Position numbers and translations under genes: made by a program. From a bacterium (GTDB taxonomy: Bacteria > Patescibacteriota > Minisyncoccia > UBA6257 > GWB1-50-10), in assembly GCA_021801565.1 (NCBI GenBank), contig JAJYXV010000003.1, positions 293-64,292 of the forward strand: a stretch of DNA of 64,000 bases, written 5' to 3'. Under the pieces are notes generated by a model. That model was not told where the DNA came from, did no database searches, and saw only the letters and a program-made list of their open reading frames with translations. Shown piece after piece: positions 1 to 9,760 of this stretch (the first letter of the stretch is position 1; each line of letters opens with the position of its first letter).

Positions 1-2
1 TT

Positions 3-1964
3 ATTTTACCTATTCGTACATATCAGGAACTTGATACAGAAACATTCGCCCCTCTTCTTGGTGGACTTTCGAAAATACAAGAATTTGGTGAGGGGGGGGT
101 AATTCAATATGTTTTTAGACCGGCAAAAAAAGATGCAAAGAAGAATGTTTTTGAAACACTTATTGCGCTTAAAAAAGGAGCAAAGCTTAAAGATGTTATT
201 TCTCGTTCTATTTCCATTTCTGATATAAAAAAAGCAGCGGTTGAGGGAACAAATAAAAATGAGCACGCAGAAAAACTTATTGATGAAAACGCCGTTAAGG
301 CTCTTGAAATGAAGTTATCGAAACCACTTTTTGAAGCAAATGTTCGTGTTCTTTCTTCGGCTCCATCCCAAGAATATGCCGATTTGATTTTAGAGGGGGT
401 AAGCGCTGGATTTTCACAATTTGGAACACCGGAACGGAATGAGTTTAATATAATAAAACAAAAAGATCTAAAAAAATTAATTTATCTTTATTCATTTCGC
501 TTGTTTGATGAGAAACAAAAAATGATATTGAACACGGAAGAGCTTGTAAGTATTTTCCATTTTCCCACGCCGTTTACCGATATTCCGAAGGTAAGAGAAT
601 TAAAATATAAGGAGGTTTCCCCTCCGCCAAATCTTCCAAAAGAGGGGATAAAAATTGGGGAAAGTAGATATAGAAATGAAAAACGGGATATTCGTATGAT
701 GCGCGAAGATAGACGGAGGCACATATATGTTATTGGACAGACGGGTACTGGAAAGACGGTATTTTTGAATAATCTTGTGGGTCAAGATATGGAAAAGGGG
801 GAGGGTGTGTGTGTAATAGATCCCAATGGAGATTTATTTGAAGACCTCCTCGCACGCGTGCCAAAATCTCGACTGAAGGATGTTGTTGTGTTTGATCCTG
901 CAGATCTTGAGCGCCCATTGGGGCTGAATATGCTTGAATATGACCCGCGTTTTCCTGAGCAAAAGACGTTTATTATCAATGAGCTTATGGGGATTTTTGA
1001 TACATTATATGATTTGAAAACAACAGGAGGTCCTATGTTTGAACAATATACAAGAAACGCACTTTTGCTTCTTATGGATGATCCAGGTGACGGGTATACC
1101 ATTCTTGAAATTCCGCGGGTGCTTGCGGATACCGAGTTTAGAAAAAAACTTCTTGCGAAATGTAAAAATATTATTGCAAAAGATTTCTGGGAGAAAGAAG
1201 CGGAAAAAGCTGGGGGAGAAGCATCACTTGCAAATCTCGTTCCATATATCACAAGTAAGTTTAATACATTTATCGCTAATGATTATGTTCGTCCAATTAT
1301 TGCTCAGTCAAAGACTACATTGAAATTCAGAGAAATTATCGACGAGGGTAAAATTCTTCTTGTGAATTTGAGTAAGGGAAAGATAGGAGATTTGAATGCT
1401 GGACTCCTTGGAATGATTTTGGTGGGAAAGGTTACCATTGCTTCATTTTCGCGTGCGGATATTCCAATGGAAAAAAGAAGAGATTTTTATCTTTTTATCG
1501 ATGAGTTTCAAAATTTTACTACTCAAAGTATTGCGACAATTCTTTCTGAATCGAGAAAATATCGGCTGTGCCTTACTATTGCACATCAATTTATCGGTCA
1601 GTTATCTGAAAAAATAAGAGACGCGGTATTTGGAAATGTTGGTTCAATTGTAGCGTTTCGTATTGGTGCAGATGACGCCGAATATCTTGTAAAGCAGTTT
1701 GAGCCGGTATTTAATGTTAATAATCTATTAAACATTGATAATCTGAATGCACATGCGAAATTGATGATTAATAATCAGGTGACAGCCCCATTTAATATGT
1801 TTGAACCGTTTCCTCCAAAAGGGAATGTAGATGTTCCAGAACTTGTGAGAGATTATTCGCGGCTTACTTACGGACGACCGCGTGAAATTGTCGAACAGGA
1901 GATTTATGCGCGGTTGCGTGGGAAAGATTCGCAAATATCAGGAGAGATGAAAAAGCAATTTTGA
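3..1964 (+). CDS. P-loop NTPase resembling TraD/VirD4/HerA-type (T4SS coupling-protein-like, DUF87-like); 5'-partial, frame open to window start
   Basis: ORF 309..1964 (551 aa), with the same frame open without stops from nt 3. Walker A YVIGQTGTGKT, CVIDPNGD motif, Walker B-like LFIDEFQNF, AHQ motif. Confidence 0.5.
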   Translation: MLPIRTYQELDTETFAPLLGGLSKIQEFGEGGVIQYVFRPAKKDAKKNVFETLIALKKGAKLKDVISRSISISDIKKAAVEGTNKNEHAEKLIDENAVKALEMKLSKPLFEANVRVLSSAPSQEYADLILEGVSAGFSQFGTPERNEFNIIKQKDLKKLIYLYSFRLFDEKQKMILNTEELVSIFHFPTPFTDIPKVRELKYKEVSPPPNLPKEGIKIGESRYRNEKRDIRMMREDRRRHIYVIGQTGTGKTVFLNNLVGQDMEKGEGVCVIDPNGDLFEDLLARVPKSRLKDVVVFDPADLERPLGLNMLEYDPRFPEQKTFIINELMGIFDTLYDLKTTGGPMFEQYTRNALLLLMDDPGDGYTILEIPRVLADTEFRKKLLAKCKNIIAKDFWEKEAEKAGGEASLANLVPYITSKFNTFIANDYVRPIIAQSKTTLKFREIIDEGKILLVNLSKGKIGDLNAGLLGMILVGKVTIASFSRADIPMEKRRDFYLFIDEFQNFTTQSIATILSESRKYRLCLTIAHQFIGQLSEKIRDAVFGNVGSIVAFRIGADDAEYLVKQFEPVFNVNNLLNIDNLNAHAKLMINNQVTAPFNMFEPFPPKGNVDVPELVRDYSRLTYGRPREIVEQEIYARLRGKDSQISGEMKKQF

Positions 1965-1975
1965 ACATATAGATT

Positions 1976-2614
1976 ATGAATACATATAAAAATGATTTTT
2001 ATTTAGTTAGTATTATCGGTTTTTTAGTCGGGTGGCTTATGCTTCTCCCGGTAAAAAATCTAGGATTTACCGTAACCCCGCTTCTTATTGCGGGAATCGT
2101 TATTGGGTGTTCGGTTTTTGCCCCTGTTGCACTTGTGGTTTTGAAACTATTAGGAAAATTTTGGCCCGTGCTCGAACAGTTCGGAAAATTTGCTGCAGTA
2201 GGAACATTAAATACACTTCTTGATTTAGGAGTGCTGAATTTGTTTATTCTTCTTACTGATATTTCAGTGGGGGTGACATATTCTGGTTTTAAGGCGGTTT
2301 CTTTTCTTGTTGCAACAACAAACAGTTATTTTTGGAACAAATTTTGGACGTTTCAAAGTGCAACTTCCGTAACGGGAAAAGAATATGGACGATTCCTCCT
2401 TTTTACACTCATTGGAACGGCAGTAAATGTTTCAGTGGCCTCTCTTGTGGTGAATGTGGTTGGCGCTCCTCAGGGGGTAAATCCGAAATTATGGGCGAAC
2501 ATTGGTGCATTAATCGGCGTCTTAGTTTCTTTCATGTTGAATTTTCTTAACTATCGATTTGTGGTTTTTAAAGGTTTGGTTCAAAATTCTGAAACGAAGG
2601 GGAAAGAATTTTGA
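1976..2614 (+). CDS. GtrA-family polytopic membrane protein (polysaccharide synthesis/translocation)
   Basis: 212 aa, multi-TM, with GtrA-like C-terminal motif SYFWNKFWTF...NYRFVVFK. Immediately upstream of a GT2 glycosyltransferase. Confidence 0.55.
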   Translation: MNTYKNDFYLVSIIGFLVGWLMLLPVKNLGFTVTPLLIAGIVIGCSVFAPVALVVLKLLGKFWPVLEQFGKFAAVGTLNTLLDLGVLNLFILLTDISVGVTYSGFKAVSFLVATTNSYFWNKFWTFQSATSVTGKEYGRFLLFTLIGTAVNVSVASLVVNVVGAPQGVNPKLWANIGALIGVLVSFMLNFLNYRFVVFKGLVQNSETKGKEF

Positions 2615-2628
2615 GCACCAAATCTTTA

Positions 2629-2724
2629 CCCCGTTAGATAGAGATAAAATTAAATGTTATCGTATATTACAAATAAGGAAATGTTAAAAAACAAAAAGGT
2701 CAATCTAGAATTATATCTAACGGG
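2629..2724 (+). repeat. Intergenic palindromic element, CCCGTTAG...CTAACGGG family (divergent copy)
   Basis: CCCCGTTAGATAGAG ... TTATATCTAACGGGG inverted termini flank an AT-rich core. Right end abuts the GTG at 2725. Confidence 0.45.
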
Positions 2725-3534
2725 GTGCGCAATTTTATATTCTCGCCTCGCTCGAATAAAATTGACATGAGCAAACCATTTTTATCGGTTATTATTCCAG
2801 CATATAATGAATCAAAACGATTGCCACTTACGCTTATTGATATCGATCGAAAACTATCTCTGCGAGATTATGAATATGAAATATTCGTGGTAAGTGACGG
2901 GTCCCGTGATGAAACTGCGGATATCGCCGAACGATTTTCACATATGATAAAAAATCTTCATGTTATTGCAAATAAAGAAAATCATGGGAAAGGATGGGTG
3001 GTGCGGCAGGGAATGCTTGCGGCAAAAGGAAACTGGAGATTGTTTACCGATGCTGATAATTCAACCTCGATTGAACAATTTGATAAAATGGTTCCATATT
3101 TTTCCGCCGCTGGCGGATCTGCCTATAGCGGAAAAAAATCCTTTGATGTGGTGATAGGGTCAAGGGGAATAAAGGGAGCTGAATTACACCCTCCGCAACA
3201 ATGGTATAAGCAGATATTGGGAAAGATGGGAAATTTATTTATACAGATGGTGGTGCTTTGGGGAATACAGGATACACAATGTGGATTCAAATGTTTTTCT
3301 GAAGAGGTAACGGAAAAAGTATTTCCCCTTATGAAAATTGATCGTTGGGGGTTTGATGTGGAAGTGCTTGTGCTTGCAAAGCAGATGGGATATCGGATAA
3401 AAGAAATTCCGGTGCGTTGGGTGAATGATTTTCGTTCAAAAGTGAGCTTAAGCGCATATATTTCGACGCTTCTCGAGGTTATAAAAATCAGATGGTGGTT
3501 ATGGCGAAAACAGTATAAATTGGAAAAAAATTAA
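2725..3534 (+). CDS. Family 2 glycosyltransferase (dolichyl-phosphate-mannose synthase/GtrB-like)
   Basis: LSVIIPAYNES...VVSDGSRDET GT2 signature. Likely true start is the ATG at 2767 (MSKPFLSVII); the GTG at 2725 is in frame. Confidence 0.75.
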   Translation: MRNFIFSPRSNKIDMSKPFLSVIIPAYNESKRLPLTLIDIDRKLSLRDYEYEIFVVSDGSRDETADIAERFSHMIKNLHVIANKENHGKGWVVRQGMLAAKGNWRLFTDADNSTSIEQFDKMVPYFSAAGGSAYSGKKSFDVVIGSRGIKGAELHPPQQWYKQILGKMGNLFIQMVVLWGIQDTQCGFKCFSEEVTEKVFPLMKIDRWGFDVEVLVLAKQMGYRIKEIPVRWVNDFRSKVSLSAYISTLLEVIKIRWWLWRKQYKLEKN

Positions 3535-3539
3535 TTTTT

Positions 3540-4550
3540 ATGTGGCATTCTGAATTTAGGAGGGATACGGTGTCTGGCGATTGGATTCTTTTTGTTCCGG
3601 GGAGAGCGAAAAAACCTGGTGATTTCAAAAAAAAGAAAGAAAAAAGAAAAGTTGCGCCATTTCATACGTGTCGTTTTGAGCACCCATTTAAAAATATCGA
3701 CGAACATATCATTTTGGGATACACACGGACAAAAAAAGGAGACATAAAGATGGATTGGGATCTTTTAGTGCTTAAAAATAAATATCCTGCGGTGACGCAC
3801 TCCGAAAAAAAAGCATTCCATTATACATCGAAATTTTTTGAACTCATCCCGGGAGTAGGTCATCATGATCTTATTGTGACTCGTGATCATAAGAAAAATT
3901 TTCCGGAGCTTTCGAGTATGGAAGCGTTCAGAGTATTTTCTGCATTCCGTGATCGGTATCTTATGCTTTTTCAAGACAAAAATATTCAATACATTTCCAT
4001 GTTTCATAATTGGGGACATACTGCAGGCGCATCGATATTTCACCCCCATTATCAGATGATTGGTATTCCGGTTGTTTCTTCGCGTATTCTACAAACTCTT
4101 CATGGTGCGCGTAATTATTTTTTGCGGAATAAAAAATGCGTCTTCTGTGCAATGATTGCCGAAGAGAAAAAATACAAAAAAAGAATTATTGCTGAGAACG
4201 AATATGCAATTGCATTTACCCCATATGCATCGCGACATGAGTTTGAAGTAAAAATTTTCCCCAAGAAACATTCCGCATATTTTGAAAATACACTTGATGT
4301 GGAGATGGAATCAGTGACAAAACTTCTTCAGCAAGTACTTCGAAAAATGAAAAAAAATCTTGGGGATCCCGATTATAATTTTTTTATTCATACGGCCCCA
4401 GTGTCCGAAAAAACAGCGAATAAAAATTCATTTCATTGGCACGTGGAAGCACGTCCTGTATGGAATATTGCTGCAGGATTTGAGTTTGATACGGGCGTCG
4501 AGATAAATGTAGTAGACCCCGATTTTGCCGCACAAATTCTAAGAAAATAA
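3540..4550 (+). CDS. galT: Galactose-1-phosphate uridylyltransferase-like HIT-family nucleotidyltransferase
   Basis: N-terminus FRRDTVSGDWILFVPGRAKKP, FHPHYQMIG HIT motif, and a second half-site FHWHVEARP. Confidence 0.6.
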   Translation: MWHSEFRRDTVSGDWILFVPGRAKKPGDFKKKKEKRKVAPFHTCRFEHPFKNIDEHIILGYTRTKKGDIKMDWDLLVLKNKYPAVTHSEKKAFHYTSKFFELIPGVGHHDLIVTRDHKKNFPELSSMEAFRVFSAFRDRYLMLFQDKNIQYISMFHNWGHTAGASIFHPHYQMIGIPVVSSRILQTLHGARNYFLRNKKCVFCAMIAEEKKYKKRIIAENEYAIAFTPYASRHEFEVKIFPKKHSAYFENTLDVEMESVTKLLQQVLRKMKKNLGDPDYNFFIHTAPVSEKTANKNSFHWHVEARPVWNIAAGFEFDTGVEINVVDPDFAAQILRK

Positions 4551-4571
4551 GCTCATCCTGATGTGTATAAT

Positions 4572-4597
4572 CGGAGGACAGTTTCCTCCGTTTTTTT
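4572..4597 (+). terminator. Rho-independent terminator after galT-like gene
   Basis: CGGAGGACAGTTTCCTCCG hairpin followed by TTTTTTT. Confidence 0.55.
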
Positions 4598-4598
4598 A

Positions 4599-4627
4599 TT
4601 GACGTGCCTAGGGAAAGAGGATAATAA
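4599..4627 (+). promoter_or_regulatory. Candidate sigma70-like promoter for the 1041-aa gene
   Basis: TTGACG (4599-4604), 16-17 nt spacer, ATAATAAT -10-like. About 40 nt upstream of ATG 4667. Confidence 0.35.
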
Positions 4628-4666
4628 TGAAGACAGCAATTTATTAACAAAACATAGAGGTAGGTA

Positions 4667-7600
4667 ATGAAAAAGATCATCTTTGATGAAAAGGAATTAA
4701 TTCAAATATATGAGGGATCTCCTTCATATTTTGAGTTGATGAAAAAACTTTCTGCGCTTTACGAAAAACAAAAGAAGGCAAAAGAAATTCCAGAGCGTTT
4801 AGTAGAAAGAAAGTTTATTAATTCTGCAAAATCATTGGCAAAAAGACTTAAATTGGTGAAAGAACACCATCATGCCAAATACTCTTTCCGTTTATGGGAT
4901 GAAAATCGTCTTGCAGAGTTTACTCATGCGGTACGAAAAACAATCCGTGAGAGGAAAAAATATGACGTATTGCTCAAGGATTTTCCAGAGCTGGGAAGTA
5001 CAAATATTGTGTACTTTACGATTCAATCGGCAATCCCTGGCGGTATTAAAGGGATTCGCGATGCAATCGCTATGGTCGGGAGCGTCGAGCTTGATACGCT
5101 TCGTGACGCATTGAATGATGCCGAAAGAGGAGTTTTGGATTGTATGAATGAGCTCTACAAAACAAAACGTATGTTACGTGTCGGAGATGTTGCTGAAGTA
5201 ATCAAAAGCAGCAAAGATAGCATTCGTGGTATTATGGTAAAACTTGCTGCGCAGGGTTTCTTTGTGAATATTCCTGGCGAGCATCACTTGTTTTTCAACA
5301 ATTCTCCAAACTTCTACACCCCAAAGGAATTAATGAAGCTTATCTCGACCGAAGAGCAAAATAGGATTGCAAATGTTCTTCATATGGGTCCTATTACCAC
5401 GCGTCGTCTCGCACAACAGCTGTATGGTCAGGAAAAAGTAAGTAATGCATTTCTTTCTACGTATCTTACTAACCTTACCGAACGCGGATTATTGGAAATT
5501 GATCGAGACACCAGTGAATATTTATTGACTAAAAAGGGAAGTGAATTTGGTATTGATGCTACATCAATTCAAGCTCTTGATATCACCATACTTGAAAACA
5601 AATTTCTTATAAGAGACGAAGAACGTTCAAAGCCGTTTAAGAGTCTTTCAGAAGTAAGAAATGCGGTCATTCAAGACAATGAGGATAAGGAGATAAGGTT
5701 GATTGATATATCAAATCATCTTTCTAAGGATAGCTTCAAATTTCTCACTATCTCAGAAATTCTTTTTGGGAATCAAAATACCGATGTAGCCCTTTTGGAA
5801 AAGATCCTTCTCAAATCGGAACCTGATTTTGCGATTGTAAGCGGTCTTGTTCAAGGCACATTCACAGCGCGAAATGTAAAGCGTCAAAATGAGCTTGTTC
5901 AACCTCGAAAATTATATAAGATTGGATCTCAAATAAGCGCCGCATCGCAATTTCTTAATAAACTTGATGAGCGAACAAAAGGTCCGGTTTGTATTGCGCT
6001 TGGTGATGATGATCTTCGTATTGCTGAAGATTATGCAGATATTGCGCAATTGAATGAGGGAAAAACTTGGACATTTGGCGTGAATTACACAAGTCTTACT
6101 GCAGAATTGCAACGAAGGATTAATATTCGCGAATATCACACAAAACGGAAGATTCAGTTTGAAATAATTTTACCGTATCAATATCGAGTACGTCGCGCAT
6201 TAAAAAATGCGAAAGAAGTGTGGAAGGAAATCGGAGTTAAAAAGTCCGAATACCGTCTTATCATGGAAATTCTCATTTTGAATCGCGCAAAACAACCGTA
6301 TCCTGAAATTTATGAAAAAGTTGTTGATGTCAATGCGTTACTTGGTGGTTTAAAACATGGAATTGTTACACCCGATTCTCTGATTTTAAAAGTTGGCGAT
6401 CGTACTATACAGTTTGTGCATAACACGAATTTTAGTGATGTAACACAATATGTAGATCCGCTTTTTACCTCAGAGAAAATTATGCGACATTTCATGTCTC
6501 GTGATTATCAGAAACTACCATGGATGTTGCTTGATGGACATCAAGAGATGTTTTATGGAACATATTTCCAGAATCACTGGGTTATGTGTCTTCCTGGAAT
6601 GCAGAATTCACTTGATATGGCAATGCACCGCAAAAAAACCCTCGTGACACGAGTTCTTCAATCAAAGTCCTTAAGGCAAAATACATTCCGAAAAGATCCA
6701 TCAACACCAGGGGCTGTTGAAATTGAAGTTTGTACTGAAGGTGGAATTGAAAACGATGGAAGAATCCGTCTTAGATTCTTTAATGATAAGATTATGGATT
6801 TACTTGATCGGGAGAAGGGCAAAAAGCACAAACAAACTGTTATTGGAGTTCTCACTGATCTTCAGTTTGGCTCTCCAACAATGCAGCCCGAACTTGTAAT
6901 AAAATATCTTGATTATTTACTCTACACTCGTGGTGCAAGATTGTTACGCGGAAATGGTGATTGGCTTCAGGGGTTTATCTATCCAGGATTTCCAGCAGAA
7001 TCAAGAACATTGCGGATGGTATCGGTTGATGCTCAACAACGCTTTACAAATGAGTTGTTAGTTCCGCTAATTACCGATGCTCCACACCTGGAAGATGTTG
7101 CTTTCTGGCAGGGGAATCATGAATGGGGTATCTGGAGTAATGCACTAACTGGTCAAAATGCGTTGTATTTTATGGAGGCCGCACTTCAAAGATTTATTGA
7201 TGGAATGAGAAAGGCGGGAAAAAATCCAAAACTCAAAACTGCAAGTACGGTAAGTAGAATTATTATGGCTCGTACCACGAATCCGATGGGTGATAGAATT
7301 CTTTTTCCGTATTTTGCTGAGACGGTAGATGAGTGGTTCAAAATTGCGTACACGCACCAGTGGCTTCCATATGGAGGCGGACGAACACCCGTTGATCAAC
7401 CACGTCGCTGGGTAAGCAACATGGCAAATGCTGCGGGAGATATAAATGTGTTGATTGGTGGAGACAAGCATTCGCTGTGGTTGAATCAGGAAGCGGGAAA
7501 GATTCTTATTCAATTGCCTGCTGCCGCAACTCAAAGTGGATATGAACTTGCTCGAGGACTTATGTCTACTGTAATGTTCGCGCTTCTCGTTGTGGATAAT

Positions 7601-7792
7601 CGAAACGGTTTTACGGTTGAATTTATTCCATGGCAATTTCTTACAAACTATAAGTGTGTAAGTAAATTGTATAAAGGAAAAGACAATCAGTTGATTCTTC
7701 CTTCTGAAGATTCAGTTGATTATCGAAATGGAAAATATTCTCCGTATATCGAGAAAATGATTGATTCGCTTACATATTACAAAAAAATGTAA
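4667..7792 (+). CDS. Large orphan protein (1041 aa): winged-helix-like segments plus C-terminal divergent calcineurin-like metallophosphoesterase motifs
   Basis: Long uninterrupted ORF. wHTH-like segments (LTERGLLEIDRDTSEYLLTKKGSEFG; AEVIKSSKDSIRGIMVKLAAQGFF). Ordered motifs VIGVLTDLQFG / RGNGDWLQG / WQGNHEWG / LIGGDKH, resembling phosphoesterase motifs I-II-III-V with correct spacing. Confidence 0.6.
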   Translation: MKKIIFDEKELIQIYEGSPSYFELMKKLSALYEKQKKAKEIPERLVERKFINSAKSLAKRLKLVKEHHHAKYSFRLWDENRLAEFTHAVRKTIRERKKYDVLLKDFPELGSTNIVYFTIQSAIPGGIKGIRDAIAMVGSVELDTLRDALNDAERGVLDCMNELYKTKRMLRVGDVAEVIKSSKDSIRGIMVKLAAQGFFVNIPGEHHLFFNNSPNFYTPKELMKLISTEEQNRIANVLHMGPITTRRLAQQLYGQEKVSNAFLSTYLTNLTERGLLEIDRDTSEYLLTKKGSEFGIDATSIQALDITILENKFLIRDEERSKPFKSLSEVRNAVIQDNEDKEIRLIDISNHLSKDSFKFLTISEILFGNQNTDVALLEKILLKSEPDFAIVSGLVQGTFTARNVKRQNELVQPRKLYKIGSQISAASQFLNKLDERTKGPVCIALGDDDLRIAEDYADIAQLNEGKTWTFGVNYTSLTAELQRRINIREYHTKRKIQFEIILPYQYRVRRALKNAKEVWKEIGVKKSEYRLIMEILILNRAKQPYPEIYEKVVDVNALLGGLKHGIVTPDSLILKVGDRTIQFVHNTNFSDVTQYVDPLFTSEKIMRHFMSRDYQKLPWMLLDGHQEMFYGTYFQNHWVMCLPGMQNSLDMAMHRKKTLVTRVLQSKSLRQNTFRKDPSTPGAVEIEVCTEGGIENDGRIRLRFFNDKIMDLLDREKGKKHKQTVIGVLTDLQFGSPTMQPELVIKYLDYLLYTRGARLLRGNGDWLQGFIYPGFPAESRTLRMVSVDAQQRFTNELLVPLITDAPHLEDVAFWQGNHEWGIWSNALTGQNALYFMEAALQRFIDGMRKAGKNPKLKTASTVSRIIMARTTNPMGDRILFPYFAETVDEWFKIAYTHQWLPYGGGRTPVDQPRRWVSNMANAAGDINVLIGGDKHSLWLNQEAGKILIQLPAAATQSGYELARGLMSTVMFALLVVDNRNGFTVEFIPWQFLTNYKCVSKLYKGKDNQLILPSEDSVDYRNGKYSPYIEKMIDSLTYYKKM

Positions 7793-7794
7793 TC

Positions 7795-7830
7795 CAAAAT
7801 CCGCTTTTACAAAGGGCGGATTTTTATTTG
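7795..7830 (+). terminator. Rho-independent terminator after the 1041-aa gene
   Basis: AAATCCGC-loop-GCGGATTT followed by TTTATTT. Confidence 0.55.
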
Positions 7831-7857
7831 AACTGATATTGTGTAGAATGAGAGGAG

Positions 7858-8505
7858 ATGACAAAAGAAGAACTTATCGGGGAACTTGTGCATGATGGGT
7901 ATTTAAAAACACCGTCAATCATTGATGCATTCACCTATGTTGATCGTGTGGATTTCATCTCAGAAGATATGAAGCGATATACATACACAAATGAACCGCT
8001 TCCCATTGGGTTTGATCAGACAATTTCGCAACCGCTTACTGTAGCATTTATGCTTGAACTACTTTCTCCGAAAATCGGAGATGTAATTTTGGATATTGGT
8101 GTTGGTTCTGGGTGGCAGACCGCACTTCTCGCATTTATTATTTCGCGGGAATATGGAGAAGAAGAACACACTCCATCAGTCTTCGGTGTTGAGCGGATTC
8201 ATGAGTTGTTTGAATCAGCAAGACAAAATGTAGAGAAATATCATTACATAAGCAGAAATATTGTTTTACTTAAAGAAGGAGATGGAACGACGGGTTTTCT
8301 GGAACATGCCCCATATGACAAAATTGTCGCCGCTGCAGCAGCGCCTACAATTCCTCAAGCATGGAAGGATCAATTGAAAATAGGTGGCCGTATTGTAGCC
8401 CCGGTGGATGAATCAATTGTCGTTTTGGATAAAAAAGGAACAATGGATTTTGAAGAAAAACGATATTTCGGTTTTCATTTTGTTCCACTTATCTCGGTTA
8501 ATTAA
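7858..8505 (+). CDS. pcm: Protein-L-isoaspartate O-methyltransferase
   Basis: DQTISQPLTVAFMLELL and ILDIGVGSGWQTALLA SAM-binding motifs typical of PCMT. Confidence 0.8.
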   Translation: MTKEELIGELVHDGYLKTPSIIDAFTYVDRVDFISEDMKRYTYTNEPLPIGFDQTISQPLTVAFMLELLSPKIGDVILDIGVGSGWQTALLAFIISREYGEEEHTPSVFGVERIHELFESARQNVEKYHYISRNIVLLKEGDGTTGFLEHAPYDKIVAAAAAPTIPQAWKDQLKIGGRIVAPVDESIVVLDKKGTMDFEEKRYFGFHFVPLISVN

Positions 8506-8594
8506 TTTGTTTGCACTTATTAATGGAAATTTAATAAGCCATACCCTTATGGGAGACATTTTGGGGTTTTTGTTTTTTTATTTATACTGGATAT

Positions 8595-9752
8595 ATGGTC
8601 ACTTATATACGTAACACTTTGATAAAGAAAGGAACAACGTGCCTCTTGCGCATTGATTTAAATGTTGAATCATTGAAAGATTTATTCCGTGTGGAGTCGG
8701 TTGTTCCGACAATAAAGTTTCTGAGAAAGAAACATGTAAAAATAGTGATATTGAGTCATAGAGGAAGACCGCATCCCGAGGGACAGGGGATTCTGAATTT
8801 TAAATATAAAGTTTCTGACGAAGAGAAAAAGAGATATACATTGAGGCCATTTTCCAATATTGTTTCAAAAAAAATCGGGGAAAAAGTGAAGTTTATTGAC
8901 AGGTCGGATATTCAGGAGATAAGTGAGGAAATAAGAAATTCAAAAGATGAAGTTTTTATTCTTGAAAATATGCGCTTTTGGAGAGAAGAAGAAATGGATA
9001 GTATGGAATTTGGGAGACAACTTGCCTCACTGGGTGATTTTTATGTGAATGATGCGTTTGCGGTGAGTCACCGTGCGAACGCTTCGGTTTCCGCAATTAC
9101 TCGTTTTTTGCCTTCTTATGGCGGTTTGCTTCTCGAAAAAGAATTGGAGAATTTGGATACGGTAATACATAGTCCAAAACATCCATTTGTAATATTAATT
9201 GGGGGAATGAAAGTTTCAGACAAGGTTGGGGTGGTAAAATTCTTTTGGAAAAATGCAGATTCATTTCTTTTTGGCGGGGGAGCAGCAAACACATGTCTTG
9301 CGGCGCGAGGAGCATCAATTGGCACTTCTCTTGTGGATGAAAAAGCGTTTGAAGAAATACGGCCATACCTTGCGTCACTAAAAATACATCTTCCTGTTGA
9401 TACTGTAAATTCAGAAGGTAGAATCTTGGATATCGGGCAAAAAACTATTTCTGAATATACAAATATCATCGCAGATGCAAAAACTATTATATGGAGTGGA
9501 CCAATGGGATTCTTTGAAAAAAAGAAATTTTCTTCTGGAACGACGGAAATGTGGAAAACTATTATAAAATTAGCAAATAAAAACAAAAAAATTGTGATAA
9601 TAATTGGAGGAGGAGAGACCATAGCTTCGCTCAAATTATTAATTACCAACTACAAACTACCGAAAAACATATTTCTCTCGACGGGTGGCGGGGCAATGCT
9701 TGCGTATTTGTCCGGAGAAAAATTACCGGGAATTGAGGCGTTAAAAAAATAA
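8595..9752 (+). CDS. pgk: Phosphoglycerate kinase
   Basis: 385 aa. VNDAFAVSHRANASV signature. N-terminus LLRIDLNVE. Confidence 0.85.
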   Translation: MVTYIRNTLIKKGTTCLLRIDLNVESLKDLFRVESVVPTIKFLRKKHVKIVILSHRGRPHPEGQGILNFKYKVSDEEKKRYTLRPFSNIVSKKIGEKVKFIDRSDIQEISEEIRNSKDEVFILENMRFWREEEMDSMEFGRQLASLGDFYVNDAFAVSHRANASVSAITRFLPSYGGLLLEKELENLDTVIHSPKHPFVILIGGMKVSDKVGVVKFFWKNADSFLFGGGAANTCLAARGASIGTSLVDEKAFEEIRPYLASLKIHLPVDTVNSEGRILDIGQKTISEYTNIIADAKTIIWSGPMGFFEKKKFSSGTTEMWKTIIKLANKNKKIVIIIGGGETIASLKLLITNYKLPKNIFLSTGGGAMLAYLSGEKLPGIEALKK

Positions 9753-9760
9753 TTATAAAT

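Noticed and set aside
2032-2550. Alternative-frame ORFs (63 and 72 aa) inside the GtrA-like gene
   Set aside because: They overlap a coherent multi-TM reading frame. They are Cys- and Arg-rich, typical of off-frame translation in AT-rich DNA.
9116-9649. 177-aa − strand ORF inside pgk
   Set aside because: It is antisense to a well-supported pgk reading frame.
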